Shown here: piece after piece, positions 23,677 through 32,000 of the stretch
How positions within the stretch are numbered: position 1 is the stretch's first letter
Layout: each line of letters starts with the position of its first letter
Origin: Halomicronema hongdechloris C2206
GTDB lineage: Bacteria; Cyanobacteriota; Cyanobacteriia; Phormidesmidales; Phormidesmidaceae
DNA: 32,000 bases
Assembly (NCBI RefSeq): GCF_002075285.3
Contig: NZ_CP021983.2
Location: 480,001-512,000 of the forward strand
Direction of reading: 5' to 3'
Translations under genes and position numbers: made by a program
The notes under the pieces: model-generated
Database searches by the model: none
The model's input: the letters and a program-made list of their open reading frames with translations, nothing else
What the model was told of the DNA's origin: nothing

Positions 23677-24226
23677 CTAATGCGGCGCAATCAGGCCATT
23701 ACCCTGCTCAAAGCTCGCCGATCTCAGCATGCGCCGGGCCAGCTTAGCTCAAGCTCACGGTATTCCCCTCCCAGGGGGCTGCCGCCAACTCGGCGTAGGT
23801 AGTGGCCGGAAGCACAGTCCGTACTCGTTGAATGGTCAGGGGTAAATCTTTTAGTACCAGCGTCTTAGGCAGTTGCTGCAGCCAGGTAGCCAGTCCTGCC
23901 ACTGTCCGCCGTGAGAACCCATGCACCTGCCAGGAGTATCGCTGCCCCCGTTGGATATGTAATGCCCGACTATGGGCGACGAATTCCCCACTCAACCCGG
24001 TGATGGCAAAGGGCTTCTCAGACTCATGGTCATGCAAATAGGCCGACAATTCTGGATCAAATTGCTGAATCTGCTGTAGAAACCAGGCATGTAAGCCAAT
24101 GGTGTATTGCGGATACAGGTCATAGTCGCGGTCTGCCGCCAGAGAAAATTGCACCCCGACGAGCTCGCTGGTCTGTGGCCACTGAGATGCTGCAATGGTG
24201 GCAGATTTCTGAGACGGGGGAGTCAT
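23677..24226 (-). pseudogene. cas6: cas6 remnant (frameshifted and 3'-truncated)
   Basis: The 160-aa ORF carries LHAWFLQQIQQFDPELSAYLHDHESEKPFAITGL, which I recognise from cyanobacterial Cas6 proteins. It stops at VSLS, where full-length proteins continue F.SPTSFR. A weak continuation (SASFEQGNGLIAP) lies in another frame and ends at 23677. The C-terminal G-rich loop region is absent. Confidence 0.55.
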
Positions 24227-24515
24227 GATGATTGCTACCAGTAGCTATAACATTGGCCAGGGAACTCTCCCTAAGCATATCTTTAATCCCCCAAAGGGGA
24301 TAACAATAATGGCTAACTGGCGTTAAAGGATGTGATCGTGAGCGAATTGAGGTGTTTGATTTTCAGAGAATCCATCGGCAGATCAATGCTGAATGTATCC
24401 GATACCTGCGGGGAGTGACACTGGTTGAGTTGCGTAATACCCAGGAGTTCCGCAGAGTCAGCGGGAACAGTCTGCCCACAAGTGCTCAAACGTTGTCGTA
24501 TTCTCAATATGAGAC

Positions 24516-25149
24516 TTATGGTCGGTTCCCTAAATAGTTTTCTGCACCACCGAGGCCCTGGGCCTTGATGTACGCTTCCTTCAACGTCCAGACATCAAAG
24601 AAGCGATGGCGCCAGGCTATCCCCGTCAGTCGCGCTAACTCTGCCAGTTCCACCGGAGCAAAGTTGGCCACTGCAATGGCCGCTAAATCTCCCGCCCGGA
24701 CCGGTTGCCCCCCATGCTCCACATCTATCCCCACCTCTGCCGCACGGGTAATCGCACAGGCCACCAGGCCCTCCGTATGGGACAAATTGAACCGCCGCGG
24801 CGGTGCGCCCTGCTCGACCTGAATTTCTGGTCGTCCGTAGGCATTGGTTGAGAACCGCCAGTCCTGGGGGGGCTGCTCCCCGTAGCGCGACAGGCAGCTC
24901 CGTAGTAGGGCATGGGCCACCAAATATTCATGGCGATGCTGAGGAAAGCGACAGCGTTCGTAGCGCCATCGCTCCTGAGCATCTAGCCACGAAACATTGG
25001 CATTGCTCCGTCGCCGCCATCCAGACATGTACCTCATCGGCGTCGAGAGCCTGCTCGGGCTTTGCCTCTTCTGACTGGGAAACGGACTCGACTAGATGCT
25101 GGGGCAATTGCGAGTCAACCAAGGGGGGTAACGTTGAGTCTCTAGGCAC
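24516..25149 (-). pseudogene. Sfp-type 4'-phosphopantetheinyl transferase, frameshifted and C-terminally truncated
   Basis: The N-terminal DEVHVWMA lies in frame 24928-25149. The core FNLSHTEGLVACAI, VGIDVE and FFDVWTLKEAYIKAQGLG lies in frame 24516-25037. The sequence ends just after the W.KEA motif. Confidence 0.6.
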
Positions 25150-25266
25150 AGTAGAGCCGGCGCCGAGGGAACTGCTCTAAATCCTACCGCAAATGGGAAT
25201 GAGTCTCACGGCAACAGGCCCTTTCCCCCTTGGGTTTGGATGGATGAGTTCCCCGTCATTTATTGC

Positions 25267-25734
25267 TCACGCCTTATCCCTGGCGGCCCGATATGCCAGC
25301 AACTGCTTCAGGGTCCTCTCAGGCTCATATTCCCGTGAAGCATGGTGGATATGGGGCATAAAGGCAACGGGAGTATGCCGCTGAGTCGCTGGGGGCCAAT
25401 GGCGGCTCACCAGCAACCCACCATCGGCGATGCCTTGCTGCTTAGATAGCCCTAACGCCTGGGCCGAGAGCGGTCCCCGCACACAGTAGATGCGCCAGGT
25501 CGCAGGCAGGCGCTCGAGCGGACGCTCGTAGCCGACACCGGTGCTGAAAATGATGGCTTCGGGAGTGGTCAGTCGCTGCGGCAAGAGGTGGTTGATCAGC
25601 GTGCCAATGCCCACAAATGTCACCCCCTCATCGGCCTCAAAGGCGTTGGGCAGCTGCCGCGGCCATAGCCACAGATTCAGCCGGTCGCCAAAGTTTTCGG
25701 CCCGGTCGCGGCGCACATAGTGAAACAGCTTCAC
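25267..25734 (-). pseudogene. ExoV-like polysaccharide pyruvyl transferase, N-terminal half only
   Basis: MKLFHYVRRDRAENFGDRLNLWLWPRQLP...FVGIGTLINHLLP...VRGPLSAQALGL resembles the ExoV family. At 155 aa it is about half the expected length, and its tail is unrelated. Confidence 0.5.
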
Positions 25735-25746
25735 GACAGCCTCCAG

Positions 25747-26772
25747 CTAAAACACACGGGATCTCAGTTTGGACTCCAGCCGCCCCCATCTGGCCGCCAG
25801 TTGCTGCCGCTGAATGAGCCACAGGCGGCCCCAGTCGGACTGGGTGCGCCAGCGGGCATAGGCTGGAAACGCCACCTCCTGAAAAAATGCCAGCCAGCGA
25901 TGTGCGATCGCATCTGGCCTGACGGTCTGGGAGCGTCTGTGGGCATTGTGGGTCATGGCCCGGCGCAGCGTTGTCTCCTGCTGTAGTCGCAGCAGCGCCT
26001 TGAGACAATCCTCAGGGCGTTTTACCTCAATGTAGTCCAGTGGGCTCTGCCGTTCGGCCCGGTAGGCCGACTCCAGCCCGGCAATTACCGGCACCCCAGC
26101 CAGCCAGCCATTATAGAGCTTCGTGGCAGGCTTGTGACCAAAGCAGCGGGTGCGCCACTGCGGCCGCCATCCCCAGCTGCGTACGGCCACCACCACATCC
26201 ACATCACTGTAGTCGTGCCAGCGCTGGTGTATTCCCGTCGATTGATTCCAGCGGTTGCGGTTCAGCCGCGGCTGCCACTGCAATCCCAGCCTCGCTAGGG
26301 CCGCGGTCCAGTCGTCCCCTAGGCCCGCCAGATTATCCTGATGGCCAAAAAACGCCACCGTATCAAAGCGCTCCCTCCGGCTGGGGTCGCGGGGTATCAG
26401 CCCCGGCTGGGGCCAGTGGGGCAAAAAAAGGCGGCGGTAGCGCCCATCGGCCTGGAGCGGGTTCTGCACTACATGAATCTGAGCCTGGGGATAGGGCGGC
26501 AGGTCCCCCTGCAGACACACCAGCAGCCGCTCAGGATGGGGCCGAAGCGGCTCAGCATGGGCTCTGAGGCTGTTGCGATGCACCAAGACAATGCCCGCCG
26601 AGGGCAGGGTATCAACCAGCTCACAGGCTAATCGCTCTCGCAACCAGAGATAGGTCTGAATTGTCCAAGCGTACATGCCGACGACATAGCCTGGCCAGGC
26701 TTCGCCCGCCTGCTGCGGCAGGGCATCCGGCCAAAACCGCTGCGGTAGATAAAAATAGACCGATGGCGTCAT
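25747..26772 (-). CDS. Hypothetical protein with a glycosyltransferase-like C-terminal region
   Basis: This is an intact 341-aa ORF. KLYNGWLAGVPVIAG is reminiscent of the GT-B C-terminal domain. I have no firm family call. Confidence 0.5.
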   Translation of the reverse strand: MTPSVYFYLPQRFWPDALPQQAGEAWPGYVVGMYAWTIQTYLWLRERLACELVDTLPSAGIVLVHRNSLRAHAEPLRPHPERLLVCLQGDLPPYPQAQIHVVQNPLQADGRYRRLFLPHWPQPGLIPRDPSRRERFDTVAFFGHQDNLAGLGDDWTAALARLGLQWQPRLNRNRWNQSTGIHQRWHDYSDVDVVVAVRSWGWRPQWRTRCFGHKPATKLYNGWLAGVPVIAGLESAYRAERQSPLDYIEVKRPEDCLKALLRLQQETTLRRAMTHNAHRRSQTVRPDAIAHRWLAFFQEVAFPAYARWRTQSDWGRLWLIQRQQLAARWGRLESKLRSRVF

Positions 26773-26797
26773 TAGGCGGTAGAGGGTGAGGGGCTAT

Positions 26798-27748
26798 CTA
26801 TCTGAGCCCCCGACCGTGGTGGTCGATAAACTGTGGGGCCAGGGGGAATGGGGCGGCGGCGGCCGTGTTGCGAAAGAGGGCCGTAAACGCGCCTGCGCCC
26901 AATCCTGACTGGGGCCAGAGCCGATAGCAAGGCTGCTCGCTCAGGGAAGACTGGTAGGGCTGCAGATGGGGCACCGGCACCGGTTGAAACTGGGGAAACC
27001 GCTGCTGCAGCCAGTCGCAGACCTGTTCGTTTTCCTCCGGGGAATAGGTACAGGTCATATAGGCCAAATAGCCCCCTGGGGCTACGGTTTGGGCCGCATT
27101 GGCCAGAATGCGTTTTTGGCGATTGGCATTCTTATTCACCGTCACCGGGTGAAAGCAACCCAGGGCCTTACTGCCCTTCGCCAACAGAGACTGGCCACTG
27201 CAAGGGGCATCCACTAGCACCAGATCCATGGTCTGGGGCAGCTGCTGAGCGAAATACTCAGGGTCCAAGTTAAACACCAGAGCTTCCTTAGCCCCACAGC
27301 GCTTTAAGTTGGCAATCAAGATCCGGCCCCGTTTGCGAATCACCTCATTGCAGAATAATCGCTGCGGCTGCAGCGCCAGCCAGGCATAGAGACTCTTGCC
27401 CCCAGGGGCGGCGCAGAGGTCCAGCACTGTGGGTCGGGGCTCGGTAATGGCGGCGATCACCGAGGCGGCAAATACCGAGGAGACATCGAGACAATAAACA
27501 TGGCCAGCGTCATGCAGGGGGTGCTGTCCTGGTTGGGAGCCAGGCTCTAGGCGATCGACCCAGGCTGGCTGCCAGGGCAAGGGCGGCAACAGCGACCAGG
27601 GCAGTTGCGGTGGCCGGGGCCGACTCCACAGTATTGCCGATGGCAGGGGCTGGGGCCGCACCAACGCCTCAATAAATTGGGCCTGCTCAGGGGCTTGCTG
27701 GAAGAGGCGACGGGCTAGTTTTTGCAGCAACTTGGAAGGAACTGCCAT
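26798..27748 (-). CDS. RsmB/RsmF (NOL1/NOP2/Sun) family RNA m5C methyltransferase
   Basis: LDLCAAPGGKS is the SAM motif, VDAPCSGQS is the PC motif and MTCTYSPEENE is the TC motif. Confidence 0.8.
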   Translation of the reverse strand: MAVPSKLLQKLARRLFQQAPEQAQFIEALVRPQPLPSAILWSRPRPPQLPWSLLPPLPWQPAWVDRLEPGSQPGQHPLHDAGHVYCLDVSSVFAASVIAAITEPRPTVLDLCAAPGGKSLYAWLALQPQRLFCNEVIRKRGRILIANLKRCGAKEALVFNLDPEYFAQQLPQTMDLVLVDAPCSGQSLLAKGSKALGCFHPVTVNKNANRQKRILANAAQTVAPGGYLAYMTCTYSPEENEQVCDWLQQRFPQFQPVPVPHLQPYQSSLSEQPCYRLWPQSGLGAGAFTALFRNTAAAAPFPLAPQFIDHHGRGLR

Positions 27749-27751
27749 GGC

Positions 27752-29425
27752 CTAGTCGATGCTGATGCCGCCCACGGTCTCCGCTGTTGAGCGCCGCTGA
27801 GAGACTGGTGCCTGCTCCATCTGCCGGGCCTGAACCCGATGCTGTTGGAAATGGCTGAGCCATGCCTGGGGCGCGTCCAGGGTTTCCCCGCCGTGTTGGG
27901 TGAGGCGCTGGCGCACTTGACAGAGCACCGGGGTATTGACGCAAGCCCCTGAGATGATCACCTGGCCTTTGGTCAGGGCGGGCAATTCCTTCAGTAGATC
28001 TCGCCCGGCTGCCTCCACACCATACTTCAGGCTTTCCTGATCGACGGGATTGACGATGCGCATGAGGAACTGACTCATGCACTGGGAGAGGACGTCTGAG
28101 TCGAGTTTGCCGGGGCGTTGGGTAATCAAGCCCACCCCCATGCCGAATTTACGCCCCTCACTTAGCACCGTGCGCAGAATCTGCTTGCAGCGAGCCGGTT
28201 CATGGGCTGGGGCAAATCGATGGGACTCCTCGAGCAAGATAAAGACAGGGTAGGGCAAGTAGTTCTCATCCTCGGCCGTAAGCAGTTCTTTGGCGGTGTT
28301 CATGCGGGCTTGGTAACTCTGCCGCAAGATGGCTGCACAGATGACCTGTTGTTCCTCCTGGCTAATTTCGCTCATCTGCATCACCGTCACCTGCCCCGGC
28401 TGAAACAGGTCCTTGGGGGCCAGGTGTTGCATCCGGTGGAAATAGTCAGACCGCTCTAGTTTGCTCAGTTTCCACTCTAGGGCTGGTGCCGAGGAGCCAG
28501 TTTTCTCGTTGCCTTCGTCGTCGGTGCTGCGGTCGGCTTCGTAGACTGCTGAGATTAAATCTTGGACATCCCAGCGATAGGTGCCCCGTTGATGCTTCAT
28601 CAGCACTGAGAACGCCTTGTTGAGGATGGCCTGCTGCCGATCACTCATGGTGGGCAACAGGGTGAGAATGTCGTAGTAGTCGAGGGAAGACAGGCGAATG
28701 CGGATATCGTCGGGGGTGAGGATGGTGACGTCGGGGCAATAGCCATCCTCGCTGGTGAAGGCAGGATGCCCGCGCATATCGGCCAGGGTGCCATACTCGC
28801 CATGGGGATCGAAGATCAACACCGCGGCTCGGTTGTAGGGGCGCAGCAGTTCTTCGACTAGCACACCAGCCGTGTAGGATTTACCGGAGCCGGTCCCGGC
28901 CAGGATGGCCATGTGGGTACTGACCAACTCTTTCACATCTAGGGCCACGGGGACGGCTCCATCGGGACGGAGCAGCAGCGACCCCACATGGGCCGCTCCC
29001 GTTTCTCCCGCTTGCTTCTTGTTGATCGCCTGGCGCAGGCTGGCGTCGTCGGCTAGGTAGACACGGGCCCCGGGATCGGGGGTAATGCGGGGGTTGATAA
29101 AGCCTAGGGCGGGGTGAAAATAGCCGATCACCTCGACGGTGACTTCATAGATCTCGGGGTTGGGGTCCATGAACCCTACCAGGGCAGCGACAGCTTCGGG
29201 ATTCACTGCTGTGTCGGCGAAGAGGCGATCTGGCAGGTGGGCAATCAGGCGCAATTCAGCAATCTTGCCCAGGACTGCCTGGGCAGTGCCTAACTCCAGG
29301 ATGTAGTAGACAAATTCGCCAATTTTGACCTGGTGATGGTCAGCCGTAATGAAAATATACTGGTTGCCGGTATCACCGGGGCCCTTGACGGTGCCAATGA
29401 CGGGGGAGTCAGATGCCTGGGTCAT
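27752..29425 (-). CDS. HerA-like (DUF87) hexameric ATPase
   Basis: It has an N-terminal barrel-like region (IGTVKGP...VKIGEFVYY), AILAGTGSGKSYTAG as Walker A and VFILLEESHRFAP as Walker B. Confidence 0.8.
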   Translation of the reverse strand: MTQASDSPVIGTVKGPGDTGNQYIFITADHHQVKIGEFVYYILELGTAQAVLGKIAELRLIAHLPDRLFADTAVNPEAVAALVGFMDPNPEIYEVTVEVIGYFHPALGFINPRITPDPGARVYLADDASLRQAINKKQAGETGAAHVGSLLLRPDGAVPVALDVKELVSTHMAILAGTGSGKSYTAGVLVEELLRPYNRAAVLIFDPHGEYGTLADMRGHPAFTSEDGYCPDVTILTPDDIRIRLSSLDYYDILTLLPTMSDRQQAILNKAFSVLMKHQRGTYRWDVQDLISAVYEADRSTDDEGNEKTGSSAPALEWKLSKLERSDYFHRMQHLAPKDLFQPGQVTVMQMSEISQEEQQVICAAILRQSYQARMNTAKELLTAEDENYLPYPVFILLEESHRFAPAHEPARCKQILRTVLSEGRKFGMGVGLITQRPGKLDSDVLSQCMSQFLMRIVNPVDQESLKYGVEAAGRDLLKELPALTKGQVIISGACVNTPVLCQVRQRLTQHGGETLDAPQAWLSHFQQHRVQARQMEQAPVSQRRSTAETVGGISID

Positions 29426-29632
29426 AGGTCCATGGATAGTCTTACCAGTTGAATGTAGTATATGAAGCAGGAATAATTACTCAGGACACCTTAGGGGAAT
29501 GGCCCTTGGTAAGGCATTATATTGACTGGGTAGGCCTGATCGCCGTTTGCTGAGCACTTGTTGTTAGATGTTGCCAGTGTAACCGTCCAAGTCACACGCC
29601 CTGACTAAGCTACCGGTAGTTTTAGACTGTCT

Positions 29633-30202
29633 ATGATGGTTCAATCGTCGTCTTGGCGCCAACCCAATAATCGGCCGGGGGCTAAGGCTGCTCCAACCCA
29701 TCGCCCTGTAGAGATCTCAACGGAGCAGGGCCAAGGACGGCAGCGACGAATTTTGGCCAGTGTCGAGATTCCTCGGCCGGTAGAGCAGGTGTGGCACGTG
29801 TTGACAGACTATGAGCACCTCGCTGACTTTATCCCCAATTTGGCTCGTAGTCGTCAGCTACCCCATCCCCATGGAGGTATTCGCCTCGAGCAACTGGGAA
29901 CTCAGTGTTTTCTGAGTATTAAGTTTTGCGCCCGGGTGGTACTAGATATGCGAGAGCTGTTTCCCCAAGAATTACGGTTTTCTATGGTGGAAGGGGATTT
30001 CAAGGAGTTTTGGGGAGCTTGGCGATTGCACCCACTCTCTCAAGCGGACGGGACGGGGACTCGCCTCGACTATGAGTTGATGGTGTTGCCTTTAGCAACG
30101 ATGCCCATACCCCTGATTGAGCAGCATCTCTGTCGCAATTTACGGCAAAATTTGCTGGCCATTTGCGATCGCACCCTTGTCTGCTTTGATCCACCATCCT
30201 AG
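29633..30202 (+). CDS. SRPBCC (cyclase/dehydrase, START-like) family protein
   Basis: VEIPRPVEQVWHVLTDYEHLADFIPNL is the typical SRPBCC opening. The ORF is 189 aa. Confidence 0.7.
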   Translation: MMVQSSSWRQPNNRPGAKAAPTHRPVEISTEQGQGRQRRILASVEIPRPVEQVWHVLTDYEHLADFIPNLARSRQLPHPHGGIRLEQLGTQCFLSIKFCARVVLDMRELFPQELRFSMVEGDFKEFWGAWRLHPLSQADGTGTRLDYELMVLPLATMPIPLIEQHLCRNLRQNLLAICDRTLVCFDPPS

Positions 30203-30223
30203 TAGTCTGGGACTGCCACTGAT

Positions 30224-30568
30224 TCACTCATCCACTCCCTCAGGAAAGACCCAAATGGTCTCGGTGGCTAGGGTTTGGGCGAAGCGGGATTGGCTTTGCT
30301 GCAAGTGTTGCCATTCGGCTTGGGTGTAGACGATGGCTTCGGTGGGTACCGGGAGGTGGTGGAGGTTCCAGCGATGCGATCGCATATAGGGCGGCGCATC
30401 GCTGTGGTCGACGATGATCACTAGATCCAGGTCACTGCCTACCCCAGCCTCATTTCGAGCATAAGAACCAAAGTAACCCACCGCCTGGAGCGACGTCGGT
30501 GGTTGGGTGATCTGGCCAACCCACCGGCGCAGGGCGGCCTCTACCTGATCACGATTAGGCCAGCCCAT
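30224..30568 (-). CDS. Nucleotidyltransferase-domain protein (MNT/MntA-type antitoxin)
   Basis: AVGYFGSYARNEAGVGSDLDLVIIV is the GS-x10-DxD motif. ATG 30568 overlaps the HEPN gene end by 14 nt. The upstream part of the ORF-track ORF is a spurious extension. Confidence 0.8.
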   Translation of the reverse strand: MGWPNRDQVEAALRRWVGQITQPPTSLQAVGYFGSYARNEAGVGSDLDLVIIVDHSDAPPYMRSHRWNLHHLPVPTEAIVYTQAEWQHLQQSQSRFAQTLATETIWVFPEGVDE

Positions 30569-30944
30569 CACGGACGAATTCAAGGATCGCACCGGCATAA
30601 CGCAACGCCTCTCGACTCTGCAGCGGACCATAGTGCTCGAAGGGAGATCCTTCGGCATGACTATCGGGATAGCGAGTGGGGATATAAAAATTGTCCAGGA
30701 CCTTGGCTTGCTCAATTAACAGCGGCGGCACCAAATGATTATTGGGCAACTCAGCTAAAAGCCGCGCCACTAAATGTCCCCACGCCTGTTGCCCCTGATG
30801 TAAGTGTAGGGCTTTGACGGCCTTTTCCGCCGCTTGATGAGCCGCAAAACAGGCCCATTCATAACGTCCTGCCTGCTCGGACGCTTCTGCTTGAGACAAA
30901 TCCCGCTGGGCCTGGCGAAACCAATCTAAGGCTCGATTGGGCAT
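30555..30944 (-). CDS. HEPN domain protein (HepT-type toxin)
   Basis: ALDWFRQAQRDLSQAE....G.YEWACFAAHQAAEKAVKAL...IPTRYPD fits the HEPN pattern, and the gene pairs with MNT genes. Confidence 0.8.
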   Translation of the reverse strand: MPNRALDWFRQAQRDLSQAEASEQAGRYEWACFAAHQAAEKAVKALHLHQGQQAWGHLVARLLAELPNNHLVPPLLIEQAKVLDNFYIPTRYPDSHAEGSPFEHYGPLQSREALRYAGAILEFVRDGLA

Positions 30945-30945
30945 A

Positions 30946-31175
30946 CTAGCTCACCTCTCCGATGTCATGACCGGGCCGTTTCAGGTCTGACTCCATTAAG
31001 CGAATCACTTGCTCCGCTTGCCCGCGGGCCGTTTGGGCATCGGCGGCCGTCGAGGCTAGCCCTAACCCAGGGTACCGTGCTATCGATGTCGCTGTGGGGG
31101 CCAGGATCCCCTCTGGTGTGGCAGCCAAACAGAATGACTCAGCGGTTGGAATTGCTCCACAATGCGCTCCAGCAT
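30946..31175 (-). pseudogene. Second MNT-type nucleotidyltransferase, frameshifted
   Basis: MLERIVEQFQPL lies in one frame, ILFGCHTRGDPGPHSDID (GS/DxD motif) in a second, and the C-terminal 60-aa ORF in a third. The stop is 1 nt before the HEPN ATG (TAGtATG). Confidence 0.55.
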
Positions 31176-31197
31176 CGGCTGGATCAGGGCATTAGCA

Positions 31198-31253
31198 GGT
31201 GGAGCGGAGGGCGGAGGACGGAGGGCGGAGAACGGAGGACGGAGGGCGGAGGA
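31198..31253. repeat. GGAGGRC heptamer tandem array (7-8 units)
   Basis: The sequence is ggagggc ggaggac ggagggc ggagaac ggaggac ggagggc ggaggaa. Confidence 0.9.
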
Positions 31254-31442
31254 ATGTGGGGTGTAGGCGGAGCCTGCCCGGAGGGCTTAGGGGTGATGGG
31301 GAAAGAGGGAAGAGGGAAGAGGCAAGGACAACAGGTAGCGTGGGTCGTTTTACTGAAGCGAGGGAGGTCATGACTGGCCAGGGAAGGATCCACGGAAAAT
31401 GGGTGGAGGGGTGGACGAGTAGGTGGGTGGATGATTAAGAAG

Positions 31443-31650
31443 GAGCGCTCAAGGGGATTCCTGACCTTCAGAGGATTCATGCATGTATTGCCACCATGGT
31501 CGCAGCGGCCCTGTTTAATGAACGGGGAAGGGGCTGCCGTTGACACCATCTATGGAGCCGTCACCACAGGAGCCGACTGGAAGTTCTTACAGCTGGCCGG
31601 GCACAGCGTCTATATCGACCGCAGTGACTATTACATTCAGGGGGTCGATC
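31443..31650 (+). pseudogene. HsdR_N-like (type I restriction enzyme R N-terminal domain family) protein remnant
   Basis: ACIATMVAAALFNE lies in one frame and TIYGAVTTGADWKFLQLAGHSVYIDRSDYYI in another. This matches my recollection of the QC.AEM.AA..FN...IYG.VTTG..WKFLKL pattern. The N-terminus is missing. Confidence 0.4.
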
Positions 31651-31886
31651 ATATAAGATTCCCGTCATTCCGGGCAAGCGCAGCACCACCCGGAATCCAG
31701 GCCGTGCGAGCCTATTTGGTTGCTTCCACCTTGACGCTTTTCCCAACCGCGTCAGTCCTGAAATTCCATAGTTAGGGGGATGCACAATCAGGCGGAATGG
31801 GAGAGCCTATCTTCGAGGCAACCCGTGCAATGATCAATGATCATTGTTAACGCCCCTCGCGGCTTTTCTATCAGGTGAGTTAAACA

Positions 31887-32000
31887 ATGGAAGCCACCGA
31901 ACTACCCAATATTTTCGTCATCGGTATCTTCTTAATGTTTGGCGGTAGTGCCTATGCCCTGGCTCGCTACCTGAAGTTGCCCCGCGTGACACTACTCGTC
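31887..32000 (+). CDS. Membrane protein, probable cation:proton antiporter (5' partial, runs off the window)
   Basis: MEATELPNIFVIGIFLMFGGSAYALARYLKLPRVTLLV is a hydrophobic N-terminus of the Na+/H+ exchanger type. Only 38 codons are visible. Confidence 0.4.
   Translation, partial: MEATELPNIFVIGIFLMFGGSAYALARYLKLPRVTLLV

Noticed and set aside
24352-24537. A 61-aa plus-strand ORF in the unassigned gap between cas6 and the PPTase remnant.
   Set aside because: It has no recognisable motif and no SD, it overlaps the PPTase 3' end, and a similar-size ORF occupies the opposite strand. It is left as unassigned sequence.
31077-31549. ORFs 31077-31373(+), 31199-31438(+) and 31184-31549(-).
   Set aside because: They translate the GGAGGRC heptamer array and purine-rich tract into low-complexity G/R/E- or P/S-rich peptides. 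They overlap each other on both strands.

Overview
This is a cyanobacterial chromosomal window. The HIP1 octamer GCGATCGC recurs throughout, there is an sbtA-sbtB bicarbonate-uptake operon, and the DUF4058, PEP-CTERM and four-helix-bundle gene families are present. All family calls come from motif recognition by eye, since no database search or computation was possible. Region 1-11.4 kb is mostly housekeeping: a VOC protein, a GT2 glycosyltransferase, a decayed DUF6671-like gene, and sbtA-sbtB with a bipartite ATAG-N8-CTAT LysR-type operator. That operator is duplicated upstream of a small membrane ORF. The same region holds a decayed LRR gene, an AT-rich islet with a CFA-synthase-like methyltransferase flanked by gene fragments, a PEP-CTERM protein, a DUF4230 protein and a GST::GlcE fused ORF. 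Region 11.4-24.5 kb looks like an accessory or defence island. It contains a DNA methyltransferase, a Uma2 nuclease fragment and a DUF4058-TPR-DUF4058 operon. The centrepiece is a minus-strand operon: RT-Cas1, Cas2, two Avd-like four-helix-bundle genes, a coiled-coil/DUF2325 gene, a leader and a 4-repeat CRISPR array. A third four-helix-bundle gene lies just past the array, inside an inverted-repeat cassette. A divergent HTH-STAND NTPase and a decayed cas6 sit on the other side. No CRISPR effector genes occur in the window. A CCTTCAT/CCTTCTG heptamer microsatellite separates the modules and also forms the RT-Cas1 linker. Region 24.5-32 kb holds decayed PPTase and ExoV-like genes, a GT-like ORF, a HerA-like ATPase translationally coupled to an m5C RNA methyltransferase, an SRPBCC protein, an MNT(pseudo)-HEPN-MNT toxin-antitoxin cluster, a GGAGGRC heptamer array, a decayed HsdR_N-like gene and the start of a cation antiporter. 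The best candidate for a novel system is the effector-less RT-Cas1/Cas2 module with Avd-like and DUF2325 accessory genes.
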